From a virus (lineage: Duplodnaviria; Caudoviricetes): a stretch of 64,000 bases of DNA. The notes beneath the pieces are model-generated. The model saw nothing but the letters and a program-made list of their open reading frames with translations, was not told the origin of the DNA and searched no databases. The translations under genes and the position numbers were made by a program. Shown one piece after another: positions 9,382 through 19,326 of this stretch; positions within the stretch are counted from its first letter, which is position 1, and each line of letters starts with the position of its first letter. The stretch lies in IMG/VR virus record IMGVR_UViG_3300025502_001322, positions 1 to 64,000 of that record, one strand, 5' to 3'.

Positions 9382-10008
9382 ATGGAAGCAAGCATAAGAA
9401 TATCAAAGCAGTTCACTGCAACTGCTGTAATCAATGATCGTATACTGTCAAATAAGTACGACATAAGTTATGCAATCTCATTGGTGTCAGCAGATCAACA
9501 CGAACAAAAAATAGCATACGATCGAGTTAAGTTTTTAACTGAGAGTATATTTGAGTCTACAATTTTTATAAAGTACAATAACCCTTTACTTAAAAAACTA
9601 AAAGGAAGTGTTAATAACTTGTATAGTCAGTTTTACGCAGAACCTTACGATAGTATAATGGTAGACTATCTGTTTCTTAAAGGTCAGGCTATTCTTGAAG
9701 ACAAAGCGAACATCGATCAGATAAGTCTAAGTAGTTGGCAAGGAAGAGACATAGAGTTCTATGCTGATTGTGAACATGATTACAGTGCTTACAGTAAAGC
9801 ACCATGGATCAAGGCAAAAGACGGTATTCCCTGGTACATGAGATCAGATATCTACGTAGGTGACTACAAAGAGAATGAGATGTTAGAATTTCCAGTCTGG
9901 GACGACTTATATCTAGGATGGAAAGAACCACAAGAGGAAGAAGCAGAGATAATAGATTTTAGAAAGTTTACCGGCAAAGTAGTTAAGGGCGGAAAACGTG
10001 GTAAGTAA
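9382..10008 (+). CDS. Hypothetical protein, possible degenerate T-fold (QueD-like topology)
   Basis: Strand/helix pattern resembles QueD, but no HGH or catalytic Cys. Confidence 0.45.
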   Translation: MEASIRISKQFTATAVINDRILSNKYDISYAISLVSADQHEQKIAYDRVKFLTESIFESTIFIKYNNPLLKKLKGSVNNLYSQFYAEPYDSIMVDYLFLKGQAILEDKANIDQISLSSWQGRDIEFYADCEHDYSAYSKAPWIKAKDGIPWYMRSDIYVGDYKENEMLEFPVWDDLYLGWKEPQEEEAEIIDFRKFTGKVVKGGKRGK

Positions 10009-10525
10009 CCAGTTTGGACAGACATTTTTAGAATCAGATGATCTAGTCACTATGCTTTACCGTGATCCTGACATGGATGTTACAGATTACGAAATTAATG
10101 ATCCAGACGAATACAATAATGCTGTTAAGCAATTACATTTAAAGATTCCAGAGCTTAAACAGCCTAGATTAGACACAACTAAATGGCTCACACAAGAGCA
10201 ATTTGATCTAGCACACCAAGCAGAGTACTTTATTCCCAAAGAGTATGAACAAATAGACGTCATGGATTACCTCAGTAAACAGTTAACTGACAAACCACAA
10301 AGCATTATAGATAGAGTTATAACGGAATATCAAGCATTTGCAGATTTAAACATGATACCTATGCTACGCTATCTCATATATCTAGTTGACGTAATGAGAG
10401 AAAACAATGTGGTATGGGGAGTAGGTCGTGGATCAAGTGTGGCTAGTTATATACTGTATCTGATAGGCATACACAAAGTAGACAGCGTTAAACATAATTT
10501 AGATTACACAGAATTTTTGCGGTAA
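9998..10525 (+). CDS. Stand-alone DNA polymerase III alpha (DnaE) fragment
   Basis: WGVGRGSSVASYILYLIGIHKVDS..HNLDYTEFLR matches DnaE GxGRGS..SL..Y.L.I...DP....L.FERFL; ends before PDxDxD. Confidence 0.8.
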   Translation: MVSNQFGQTFLESDDLVTMLYRDPDMDVTDYEINDPDEYNNAVKQLHLKIPELKQPRLDTTKWLTQEQFDLAHQAEYFIPKEYEQIDVMDYLSKQLTDKPQSIIDRVITEYQAFADLNMIPMLRYLIYLVDVMRENNVVWGVGRGSSVASYILYLIGIHKVDSVKHNLDYTEFLR

Positions 10526-10560
10526 ATATAATATATACGTATATAAAGGAGTTTTCAATT

Positions 10561-10986
10561 ATGGCTAGAAAAATACATAGAACAGCAAGAGGTGCGACTA
10601 TTGATATGGAACGTCTGCGACTCGCCAACGAAGATACCATTGCTGTTGGTAATATGAAAGTAAATGCTCGGGGCGACGAGTTGGGATTTGGTGGTAGTAT
10701 TGTAAAGACCAGAAAAGAAGTAATAGATGCAACTTATAAAGTTCATACTATGGTGCCACAAGATGACCGTGTATACACCGACGCAATGCATAGTGAAGCC
10801 GCAATGGCTGAGCCAGCGCCGGGTGTTAGCGCAGAGCCCAAACCAAAAGTTGAAGAAGTTGCAACACCAACCGAAGAATCTAAAACAATGCGTGGTGGTT
10901 TGGCAGCGGCACTTGCTAGAAAAGTAGAAGTATCAGAGCCTGAAATTAAACTTAATAGTCTATCAACCGGCGTTAAAAGAATTTAG
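10561..10986 (+). CDS. Hypothetical protein (late promoter)
   Basis: TAAATA 10523-10528, AAGGAG SD. Confidence 0.6.
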   Translation: MARKIHRTARGATIDMERLRLANEDTIAVGNMKVNARGDELGFGGSIVKTRKEVIDATYKVHTMVPQDDRVYTDAMHSEAAMAEPAPGVSAEPKPKVEEVATPTEESKTMRGGLAAALARKVEVSEPEIKLNSLSTGVKRI

Positions 10987-10998
10987 AAAGGGTATAAT

Positions 10999-11418
10999 AT
11001 GCAAGAGAATCCATACGGAAAAAATATAGGATATCAATTTCGCCTTGACTTTGAAGGCAAAACAATTAAACCACTACACAACAATGTAGTTGTGCGTGAC
11101 ATGAACTTTGCAGGACGTACACTGGACAGCGGTATCGTGTTGTTGGCTGACGACGGCAAGACAGATGGTATACGTCCACGTTGGGCACAAGTATATGCTG
11201 TTGGTCCTGAGCAAACAGATGTTACTGTGGGACAGTGGGTACTGTTAGAACACGGACGTTGGAGTCGTGGAATTAACATTACCCAAGATGGCGAAGAACT
11301 TACTATACGCAGAGCTGATCCAGACGCTATCTTAATGGTAAGTGACGATGAGCCCAATGCAGAAACAATTGCAGATTCTGTGCATGCCGAACGTAAAACC
11401 AGAGAACTTGCAGACTAG
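10999..11418 (+). CDS. groES: Co-chaperonin GroES/Cpn10 family
   Basis: IKPLHNNVVV...SGIVL...V.AVGP...V.VG..VL...IL pattern. Confidence 0.8.
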   Translation: MQENPYGKNIGYQFRLDFEGKTIKPLHNNVVVRDMNFAGRTLDSGIVLLADDGKTDGIRPRWAQVYAVGPEQTDVTVGQWVLLEHGRWSRGINITQDGEELTIRRADPDAILMVSDDEPNAETIADSVHAERKTRELAD

Positions 11419-11444
11419 ACATTTTTCAATAACTACTGTATAAT
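11416..11444 (+). promoter_or_regulatory. sigma70-type promoter, leaderless geometry
   Basis: TAGACA-17 nt-TATAAT, ATG 7 nt downstream, no SD. Confidence 0.7.
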
Positions 11445-11451
11445 ACTCTAT

Positions 11452-12375
11452 ATGAACCAATTATGGACTGAACTATATAGACCCAAGACTGTTGCTGACT
11501 ATGTTTTTACAGACAACACACAACGCCAACAAGTAGAATCCTGGGTTAAAGAAAAGAGTATCCCACACTTACTACTAAGTGGTAGCCCGGGTACTGGTAA
11601 AACAACCCTTGCTAAGATGTTAATGCATGAACTAGAAGTTGATGACATGGACGTCTTAGAAATTAATGCTAGTCGTGAACGTGGCATTGATCTTGTAAGA
11701 GACAAGATTGTAAACTTCTCAAGCACTATGCCTTTCGGTGAGTTTAAAATTATCCTCTTAGATGAGGCAGACTACTTAACTCCAGAAGCACAAGCATGTA
11801 TGCGTGGAGTTATGGAAGCCAATCATCAGACAGCAAGATTTATACTAACCTGTAACTATCCACATAAGATTATTCCTGCAATACATTCTAGATGTCAAGG
11901 CTTTCACATTGCTAAGACTGACCAAATAGAGTTTACTGCTCGTATTGCTAAGGTGATGATTGAGGAAGGCATTGAGTTTGAACTTGATGTGTTAGACAAC
12001 TATGTTAAAGCAACATACCCAGACTTGCGTAAGTGTTTAAACATGACACAGATGAATAGCAGTTCTGGCATACTTGTAGAAACACAAGCAAGTCAACAAG
12101 GTGGTGGTGAGTTTAAGTTAGACGTTGTTAAGTTGTTTAAGGCAGGTGAACTTAAACAGGCAAGACAAAAACTCGTTGACAGTGTGCGCCCAGATGAGAT
12201 GGAAGGTGTTTTTAGATGGATGTACGACAACATCACATTGTGGGGAGAGACTGATGAAGCACAAGATGAAGCAATTATAACTATTAGGCGTGGTCTTGTA
12301 CAACATATTAGTTGTGCTGATCCTGAAATAAACTTATCAGCAACATTTACAGAGTTATGCAGATTAAATGGCTAA
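11452..12375 (+). CDS. Clamp loader subunit (RFC small subunit/gp44-like AAA+)
   Basis: WTELYRP, GSPGTGKT, EINAS, LDEAD, SRC motifs. Confidence 0.92.
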   Translation: MNQLWTELYRPKTVADYVFTDNTQRQQVESWVKEKSIPHLLLSGSPGTGKTTLAKMLMHELEVDDMDVLEINASRERGIDLVRDKIVNFSSTMPFGEFKIILLDEADYLTPEAQACMRGVMEANHQTARFILTCNYPHKIIPAIHSRCQGFHIAKTDQIEFTARIAKVMIEEGIEFELDVLDNYVKATYPDLRKCLNMTQMNSSSGILVETQASQQGGGEFKLDVVKLFKAGELKQARQKLVDSVRPDEMEGVFRWMYDNITLWGETDEAQDEAIITIRRGLVQHISCADPEINLSATFTELCRLNG

Positions 12376-12694
12376 AGATATATATCTACTGTGTCAATAC
12401 ATACAGAAACCTAAACCAGGTACAAACACTGCACAGAAAGGCTTTGGTAATAATCCAGACAACTGGCAGTTTGACGAAGTCATAGCAGTAAGCCGTGGTT
12501 TAAAGAAACGTGATATGTCAACGCAGAGCGTGATTCTTAATATGTCTACGCAGAAAGTAGAACGCTGTGGTCTTAGGCAAGGAGCAACTTGGGACGAACT
12601 ATATGCGTATTACAAAGAACACTATCCAGAATACATTAAAACTATCGAAAAAGAAATTGAAAGAAGCCAGCCATCGTTATTTACGATGATATGA
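12368..12694 (+). CDS. Hypothetical protein
   Basis: 108-aa ORF overlapping both neighbours. Confidence 0.55.
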   Translation: MAKDIYLLCQYIQKPKPGTNTAQKGFGNNPDNWQFDEVIAVSRGLKKRDMSTQSVILNMSTQKVERCGLRQGATWDELYAYYKEHYPEYIKTIEKEIERSQPSLFTMI

Positions 12695-13110
12695 TAGGAA
12701 TTTCGTTTAGTAGTTTTGATTTATTCCATAGTGGTCACGTTGCTATGCTTAAAGAAGCAAGTGAGAACTGTGAATATTTAATTGTAGGATTACAAACAGA
12801 TCCAACGATTGATAGGCCTGAAAAGAATAAACCTATTCAAAGTGTGTTTGAAAGATATGTTCAGTTAAAAGGATGTAAGTATATTAATGAAATTATTCCT
12901 TACGAAACTGAACAGGACTTATTAGACATACTGCTAACTTATACAATTGATCGACGATTTATTGGCGAAGAATATAAGCAGTTAGACTTTTCTGGTAAAC
13001 AAATATGTGTCGACAAAGGCATAGAATTATATTATAATAAAAGACAACACTCGTTCAGCACATCTAATTTGAGAAAACGAATAAGCGAGGCAGAACTATG
13101 GTCAAGGTAA
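12691..13110 (+). CDS. Cytidylyltransferase (glycerol-3-phosphate CTase/TagD-like)
   Basis: SFDLFHSGH (HxGH) and C-terminal STSNLR motif. Confidence 0.88.
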   Translation: MIGISFSSFDLFHSGHVAMLKEASENCEYLIVGLQTDPTIDRPEKNKPIQSVFERYVQLKGCKYINEIIPYETEQDLLDILLTYTIDRRFIGEEYKQLDFSGKQICVDKGIELYYNKRQHSFSTSNLRKRISEAELWSR

Positions 13111-13676
13111 TATTAACGGACGTAGACGGAGTTTTATGCGACTGGGAGGGCGGTTTTAACTCATTTATGGAGTTAAAAGGCTTTGAAATGATAGAAAACG
13201 GGCACTTGGAGTACGCCATTGGCGATAGATTTGGTATCGACAGAGAAGTGGGTTATAGTTATGTGTGTGAGTTTAATAACAGTAAATCTATTGCTCAGTT
13301 AAAAACTCTTAAAGACTCTAATGAGTGGGTAAGGCGAATACATGACGAGCTAGGATACAAATTCCATGTATGCAGTAGCATGAGCCACTTGACAGAGTCA
13401 ATGAACATGAGAACTTCCTATCTTAAAGAACAGTTTGGTGATATTTTTGTGGGATTCACTTACTTGCCCACAGGTGCTGACAAGGATGAGGCATTGGCTG
13501 CCTGGAAAGACACGGGATATTTTTGGGTAGAAGATAATATAGCAAACTGTATAGCTGGAGAAGCCCAAGGTCTGCGACCAATATTAATCGACCACGACTA
13601 TAATAGAAATATAGACGTAGCGTACCCTAGAGTTAAGAACTGGCAGGCAATCTACCAGCTCTTATCCTCTGATTAA
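13098..13676 (+). CDS. HAD-family 5'(3')-deoxyribonucleotidase-like phosphatase
   Basis: DVDGVL motif I; WVED...N motif IV. Confidence 0.8.
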   Translation: MVKVILTDVDGVLCDWEGGFNSFMELKGFEMIENGHLEYAIGDRFGIDREVGYSYVCEFNNSKSIAQLKTLKDSNEWVRRIHDELGYKFHVCSSMSHLTESMNMRTSYLKEQFGDIFVGFTYLPTGADKDEALAAWKDTGYFWVEDNIANCIAGEAQGLRPILIDHDYNRNIDVAYPRVKNWQAIYQLLSSD

Positions 13677-14416
13677 ATGTCTGAATAGATTTGTAAAACT
13701 TCTATAACAGCAGGGTGTCTATGTATATCTTTGCCTAACATCTTGACTCCGCCTACGTAACTAAGTCCTTCATAACTATTGCATAAAGATTCAAAATTTA
13801 GTAGTCCGTTATCTGCCTCCTTTCTATCTGCTTGGCGAGTATCGCCTGTTATCACCATTTTACTGTTTTGACCGAGTCTGGTTAGGAGCATCTTCATCTG
13901 TCCTGGCGTGGCATTTTGCATTTCGTCTGCAATAATCCATGCATCTTTAAATGTTCGGCCTCTCATAAATGCTAGTGGAGAAATCTCAATTATACCTTCG
14001 TCTAACATTTTTGCAGTTTCTTTTGGTGAATAATATTCGTGTATAACATCAAATAGTGGTCTTGTCCACGGTTCCATTTTCTGATTGATGGTACCTGGTA
14101 AAAATCCATGCTGTTCATCGTCTACGCCAACAGCTGGGCGGGTTAAAATAATCTTATTAACGTCTCCTTGTCTATATGCCTGTAAGCCTGCCAGCACCGC
14201 TAACATAGTTTTTCCTGTGCCTGCTGGGCCGGTTGAAAACACGATTAATTTGTCCGGATCCGTCAACAAATTAATATATGTTTCCTGTCTAAGTGATTTT
14301 GGATGCAATCGAATGTTGCGTTGTTTGGGTGCATACTTCTGAAATTCTACTGTATTATCTTGATACGGAATGCTGTCATGGCGTTTTGAATTACTTTTGC
14401 GATGTTTTCTACTCAA
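13673..14416 (-). CDS. phoH: PhoH-like ATPase
   Basis: GPAGTGKT, RPAV, GFLPG, AFMRGRTF, DEMQN, VITGD..Q motifs; AAGGAG favours TTG start at 14416 over track start 14461. Confidence 0.93.
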   Translation of the reverse strand: MSRKHRKSNSKRHDSIPYQDNTVEFQKYAPKQRNIRLHPKSLRQETYINLLTDPDKLIVFSTGPAGTGKTMLAVLAGLQAYRQGDVNKIILTRPAVGVDDEQHGFLPGTINQKMEPWTRPLFDVIHEYYSPKETAKMLDEGIIEISPLAFMRGRTFKDAWIIADEMQNATPGQMKMLLTRLGQNSKMVITGDTRQADRKEADNGLLNFESLCNSYEGLSYVGGVKMLGKDIHRHPAVIEVLQIYSDI

Positions 14417-14567
14417 TTTGTTCTCCTTACAATTTTTGAATATATGTACGTTAGTAGACATAGTAGTATTCTCTGTGAACTAATACTACAGTTGTCCACA
14501 AAAATACTTACATACTCTTACAAGTAGAATTATAATGTGTTATTATTGTCTCGATGCCGACTATAAA

Positions 14568-15101
14568 TTACGAGTCTCTCACCCAGACTGCATAGATTCT
14601 ATTCTTAGATCCACTGTCTCGTTTGCACACTTCTACACGATAGCCCCATTGCGGTGCCATCAGATAGTGATCAACTTCACGCCAAGGATAAAACTGTATC
14701 TGGTATTGCATTTGGTTATTGTGGTCGTAGTTGCCAGGATTACACCGCCAGTATATTCTGGACTTGGGTTTCATCAGTCGCATGATTCTGCCAATCTGAT
14801 ATTCTACCACAGTTTTATCGCCAAAGTTTAAACTTCCCAAACAGAATGCAACATCAAAGCGTTGATCTGTATCAAAAAACTCTATTTGTTCTTTATGGTC
14901 AGCCGCATCGTTAGCAGGATCAATACCTACTAGGTTCTTAATCAGATCTTTGTACGGGTTATACCCACACCCTACATCAAGCACCCACTCGTCGTCTTTA
15001 ACTTCATTTGCTAAGTTAAAGCCAGTCTCTCCAAATCCACTTGTACTGGGCTTCCAAACTGATGCAAAATATTCGTTAAGTAATTTTTGATTCATCGACA
15101 A
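14568..15101 (-). CDS. Class I SAM-dependent methyltransferase
   Basis: VLDVGCG, GIDP, FDVAFCLG motifs. Confidence 0.8.
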   Translation of the reverse strand: MSMNQKLLNEYFASVWKPSTSGFGETGFNLANEVKDDEWVLDVGCGYNPYKDLIKNLVGIDPANDAADHKEQIEFFDTDQRFDVAFCLGSLNFGDKTVVEYQIGRIMRLMKPKSRIYWRCNPGNYDHNNQMQYQIQFYPWREVDHYLMAPQWGYRVEVCKRDSGSKNRIYAVWVRDS

Positions 15102-15123
15102 TCCTTAATAAGTACGTTATACT
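15095..15123 (+). promoter_or_regulatory. sigma70-type promoter, leaderless geometry
   Basis: TCGACA-17 nt-TATACT, ATG 6 nt downstream. Confidence 0.6.
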
Positions 15124-15129
15124 TATATT

Positions 15130-15714
15130 ATGATAATACCCGAACATATATTTTTTACTGGTGTGCCTGGATCACGTTGGTCAGGTATAGCACAAACTAT
15201 TGAAACCATACCTGGATTTAATACCAGTGACCGCACCCCAGAACGAGCATACGACCATCATGCCTATAGTGGACACAAAGGTGCATACTTTGGTTGGGGT
15301 ATGGAGTTTGATCCCACACACATTTATGGGTACAAGCACTTTGACCAAGCATGGACTGAGCCTGGTGGACACAAACTAATCAAAAGTCATGATTGGGCAT
15401 ACAGTCCGCGACAAGTAAAAGTGTATCATCCAGACAGTTGGTTTATAATGGTATATCGACCAGACATGGCAAGTTATGCCTGGTGGCACGAAGCTGGCGG
15501 TTTTAAGATACAGTACCCAAACTACAGTTGGTACAAGAACAGTGCAAAGATGTTGCAGGAAATACAAACACAAAACACACGCATATTGGAATATGCATGC
15601 GAAGTGGATGCAAAATGGGAATACTTTACTCCAGACTGGATTGAACGTGAGTTTGGATATGCTGTTGATGTTCCCACTATACACAAAGACATATTGGTAA
15701 CCATAATAAAATGA
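15130..15714 (+). CDS. P-loop sulfotransferase-like protein
   Basis: FFTGVPGSRWSG N-terminal loop, LIKSH, MVYRP. Confidence 0.5.
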   Translation: MIIPEHIFFTGVPGSRWSGIAQTIETIPGFNTSDRTPERAYDHHAYSGHKGAYFGWGMEFDPTHIYGYKHFDQAWTEPGGHKLIKSHDWAYSPRQVKVYHPDSWFIMVYRPDMASYAWWHEAGGFKIQYPNYSWYKNSAKMLQEIQTQNTRILEYACEVDAKWEYFTPDWIEREFGYAVDVPTIHKDILVTIIK

Positions 15715-15947
15715 AAAGAGATCACGTTTGGTACATTAAATATGCTAGTGCAATTGTAATACTGATTGCAATGGTTTTCCATGTTAACGGTTGGACACCC
15801 TGGAACAGTTACTTACAACTACTAGGTGCCAGTGGTTGGATGTACGTTGGGTACCGTTGGCGGGAGTGGTCTATGTTGTTGAACTTTATACCACAAATTT
15901 TTATTATTGTGCCTTACTTAATATACTTCTCTTATTATAAACCGTGA
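15711..15947 (+). CDS. Small multi-TM membrane protein
   Basis: Three hydrophobic segments. Confidence 0.6.
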   Translation: MKRDHVWYIKYASAIVILIAMVFHVNGWTPWNSYLQLLGASGWMYVGYRWREWSMLLNFIPQIFIIVPYLIYFSYYKP

Positions 15948-16750
15948 TAGAAAATTTTATATTTTACACTGCAGGCAGTTATGGTGTTTTTATAGATTGG
16001 TGTATTAATAATTTAACCAAACACTGTACAGAAGATAAGTTGCCTTTTACATCGACAGGCAGTTCGCACAATCATATAACATGTAACATGTTGTTTGATA
16101 TAAGTCCTAAGGTCAACTACTTCAGTGCTGTAGGAGACACAACACACTATGTAGAACTGTTTTACAATAAACCTAATATCGATAATCTCATTATTTTGTT
16201 AGCCAGAGAAGAAGACGAAGTTTGGCGTATATCAAACTATTTAGAAAAAGAAGAGGTAACATCGTCTATATTTTTACCCGTAAGTTATCAGGATGCGAAT
16301 CCAACATTAGACTACTTAGATAGACGCACACTACAATATTTTGGTAGAACTGATCTACTAAGCATGGATAGATGGGTAGCAAGAGAGATACTTAGTTTCG
16401 GTATATTGGATAGACTTGCAGATAACATCGTTCAACAAAAATTAATGATAGACAACTTAGCATATGATAAACTAGTAGTTTATATTGACGAACTAAGAGA
16501 CAACTTTGAGACAACTATCAATAAAATATTTAACTTTTGTAATTTAAAACCTTACGACCAAACTTTCCTACACAGTGTAGGTGTTAAGTGGGCTAGTAAA
16601 CAGAAATACATGCATGATACCCGACCACATAATCTATTAAGTGAAGCAGTAGTGCAGGCAAAACTACGTAACAACGGCATAGAGCTAGCATGTTACAATC
16701 TTAACAAATTCCCTAACAATGAGTCAGAACTTAGAAAACTATATAAATAG
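15944..16750 (+). CDS. Hypothetical protein
   Basis: 268-aa ORF in operon. Confidence 0.55.
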   Translation: MIENFIFYTAGSYGVFIDWCINNLTKHCTEDKLPFTSTGSSHNHITCNMLFDISPKVNYFSAVGDTTHYVELFYNKPNIDNLIILLAREEDEVWRISNYLEKEEVTSSIFLPVSYQDANPTLDYLDRRTLQYFGRTDLLSMDRWVAREILSFGILDRLADNIVQQKLMIDNLAYDKLVVYIDELRDNFETTINKIFNFCNLKPYDQTFLHSVGVKWASKQKYMHDTRPHNLLSEAVVQAKLRNNGIELACYNLNKFPNNESELRKLYK

Positions 16751-16785
16751 TATTGTATATACACACACCTTAAGGAGAAACATTA

Positions 16786-17481
16786 ATGAACGCACAACAA
16801 TTTGTGAAAAATCTTGCTGACAACAATGAAGCATTGTTTAAAGCAAGTGAGATGCAGGTCGAAGCATACTTTAATTCTAAGCCATCTCAGGAAAAATTAG
16901 TTGAGCACTTTGTAGGTCGAATGGTTAACGAGCGTATGAACATGGTTGAAATCAGCCGTCAGGTTGCAGAACTAGGTGCAGACACAGATCCAGTAGAACT
17001 TGAGTTACTCACAAAACAAGCACAAGATGAAGCCAGGCACTTTAGAATGGTTAAAGAAGTAATTGAGCACATTAAAGGCGAAAAGATAGACGTATCAGAA
17101 GCCATTGCTCAGGAAGCCGCAAAGCCAACTGCTAAGGGCGCAAGCCTATTAGCCAAGTACGACGCAGACAAAGATGAAGCCGCACTAGCCGCATATCAGT
17201 TTATTGCTGAGGGTCGTGCAGAACGTGTCTGGGACAAAATGGCAGATTGCATTGAAGATAGTTTTATTAGCACTCGCTATGCTAAGATTGCTAGAGACGA
17301 AGGTTTCCACAGCAAGATTGGTGAGAAGAAACTTTTAAAACTATGTGCAGATCCAGAAGTTCAGGCCAAAGTTGAAGCAATCGCTGACGCTATGAGAATG
17401 GACTTATATGCTGTTTCTTGCATGAACACACAAGAAATACCAGAAGCACGTAAGATTATCGAAGACGCATACGTACACTAG
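16786..17481 (+). CDS. Ferritin-like diiron four-helix-bundle protein
   Basis: E (VNER), QDEARH, E (AEGR), RDEGFH: E/ExxH/E/ExxH ligand set. Confidence 0.8.
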   Translation: MNAQQFVKNLADNNEALFKASEMQVEAYFNSKPSQEKLVEHFVGRMVNERMNMVEISRQVAELGADTDPVELELLTKQAQDEARHFRMVKEVIEHIKGEKIDVSEAIAQEAAKPTAKGASLLAKYDADKDEAALAAYQFIAEGRAERVWDKMADCIEDSFISTRYAKIARDEGFHSKIGEKKLLKLCADPEVQAKVEAIADAMRMDLYAVSCMNTQEIPEARKIIEDAYVH

Positions 17482-17484
17482 TAT

Positions 17485-18018
17485 ATGCGGATTGCGATAA
17501 CACAACGTGTATTGCAACACAAGGGAAGAGCTTACGATAGTTTAGATCAGAGTTGGTGGGATTTATTACAGTCCCATCAACTTATCCCGATTCCAAATAC
17601 TCCAAACCAAAACTTAACACAAACACTAGACGCAGTAGATTTAATAATACTGTCTGGTGGCGACGGTGACAATACTAGAGTTAATGTCGAGTCAGAAATA
17701 TTTAACTATGTTGACGAACACAAAACACCAGTACTGGGAGTTTGTAGAGGCATGCATCTAGTTGCTAGAAAATACGGGTTAGGTACTATTCCAGTAGACA
17801 ATCACATGGACACCAAACACACTATTACAATGTCAGGCAAAGAACACATAGTGCCTAGTCATCATACCATTGCTGTACTGCAAGGTGCTAACATAGAAGT
17901 TATTGCCACAGACAAAAGAAATTATGTTGAAGCATTTCAAGTAGATAATTATACTTGCATGCAATGGCATCCTGAACGCATGCAACAACCCTTATGGCCA
18001 AAAAACTTCTCATTATAA
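17485..18018 (+). CDS. Class I glutamine amidotransferase / peptidase C26-like
   Basis: LSGG, GVCRG nucleophile elbow, QWHPE. Confidence 0.88.
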   Translation: MRIAITQRVLQHKGRAYDSLDQSWWDLLQSHQLIPIPNTPNQNLTQTLDAVDLIILSGGDGDNTRVNVESEIFNYVDEHKTPVLGVCRGMHLVARKYGLGTIPVDNHMDTKHTITMSGKEHIVPSHHTIAVLQGANIEVIATDKRNYVEAFQVDNYTCMQWHPERMQQPLWPKNFSL

Positions 18019-18662
18019 CAGGACCGCAAGGATCAGGTAATCATCTTTTTAGTCGCCTATTCAGTTTACACCACGATGTGGGTGGCTGGAAAGAACTGAT
18101 AGATGAGTACTGGATACCCAGTGACCTAGAAACATTTGCACCTTATTGGGTTACCCCCAACAGCATGTCTATGGCAGACTTTGAAGGGCATGACTACTGG
18201 GTAGCGAACGTTAGCGTACCTTTTGTATTTGATGGTGTTAAGCAAGTTCCTAAAATACACTTAATGGCTAAACAGGCACAGCAGTTGGGAATAGAAGTAG
18301 AAATAGCAATTATTGTTAGAGACCAAAACATTAACTTAGAGCAACAACGTAGAGTACGCAGAGAAGAAACACTACCTATTGCACAAGAATACTACTACAC
18401 AGAATTGTTACCACATTTTAGTTGTCACTTCTTAGATCACGAAGCATTTTTCTTACATAAGGAACACTACTTAAAATGGACAAGCAAAATTTTAAACTTT
18501 CCCGTAGCATGGGATTCAGAAGATATTAACAAGTTTATTAACAAGGATGCTAATCATAAATATGTAAAATATGTTGATACATATTGGTTAGACGAACATG
18601 TACATGCAGGACTTAAACCTAAACAAGAACGAGGCATAAATGCAACTGATGGAAAAAATTAA
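17994..18662 (+). CDS. P-loop sulfotransferase/kinase-like protein
   Basis: IITGPQGSGNH loop, IIVRD. Confidence 0.5.
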   Translation: MAKKLLIITGPQGSGNHLFSRLFSLHHDVGGWKELIDEYWIPSDLETFAPYWVTPNSMSMADFEGHDYWVANVSVPFVFDGVKQVPKIHLMAKQAQQLGIEVEIAIIVRDQNINLEQQRRVRREETLPIAQEYYYTELLPHFSCHFLDHEAFFLHKEHYLKWTSKILNFPVAWDSEDINKFINKDANHKYVKYVDTYWLDEHVHAGLKPKQERGINATDGKN

Positions 18663-19293
18663 CGAGTGTCGTGTAGTCGTTGATCGCTGGAAAATGGCAA
18701 TACATAAAATAGAACCAGGTACACAGGTAACTAGAACACCTGATGGCACTGATATTGTTTTATTGTCTGATTGTCGTCTTGATGGCCAAGACATGCTACT
18801 AAAAAAAGTCACCGCGGCATGTATGTTAACACAGACATACGAAATAGACACATTAGCCGATGGTCATGCTGTTATTATCAAACTGCCAGGTTTTAGATCA
18901 TCTGAGCAAGTAGTGGGACTAGTTACACCTGGAGACTTGGGCAATCTAGTGTACATGGATGGGGCGACTAATACTAATATTGTTAATCCTGGACGTAGCG
19001 GTGATCCCTGTGTTAACTACGTAAATTTTCCAGCAGGTATGGTTCAAACTAGACACGTACACCCTAGTCATCGGGTCGGATTGGTTCTAAAAGGACATTG
19101 TACAACAGAAACAGAAAATGGACACAATGTAGACCTTAAAGCAGGTGATGCTTTTTATATGCCACGTAATACTTGGCATAATTTTGTATGTGATGATGAG
19201 GATATGATTGCATTTGTAATGCATCCAGACAGTGAAGATGGGCCCACAGATCAAAAAAATCCATTGAATACTCGTACATACCTTAAAGGCTAA
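18640..19293 (+). CDS. Cupin-domain protein
   Basis: RHVHPSHRVGLV and GDAFYMP..TWHNF cupin motifs. Confidence 0.78.
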   Translation: MQLMEKINECRVVVDRWKMAIHKIEPGTQVTRTPDGTDIVLLSDCRLDGQDMLLKKVTAACMLTQTYEIDTLADGHAVIIKLPGFRSSEQVVGLVTPGDLGNLVYMDGATNTNIVNPGRSGDPCVNYVNFPAGMVQTRHVHPSHRVGLVLKGHCTTETENGHNVDLKAGDAFYMPRNTWHNFVCDDEDMIAFVMHPDSEDGPTDQKNPLNTRTYLKG

Positions 19294-19326
19294 TTCAACT
19301 AAATAGTTAATAACGGATATTAAATT

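Noticed and set aside
14463-14489. 8-bp inverted repeat upstream of phoH (possible Pho box or operator)
   Set aside because: Does not match the direct-repeat Pho box; short AT-rich inverted repeats are expected by chance
17485-18018. GATase as part of a Gat-QueC archaeosine pathway
   Set aside because: It is class I, lies about 25 kb from the que genes in another operon, and no QueC is visible
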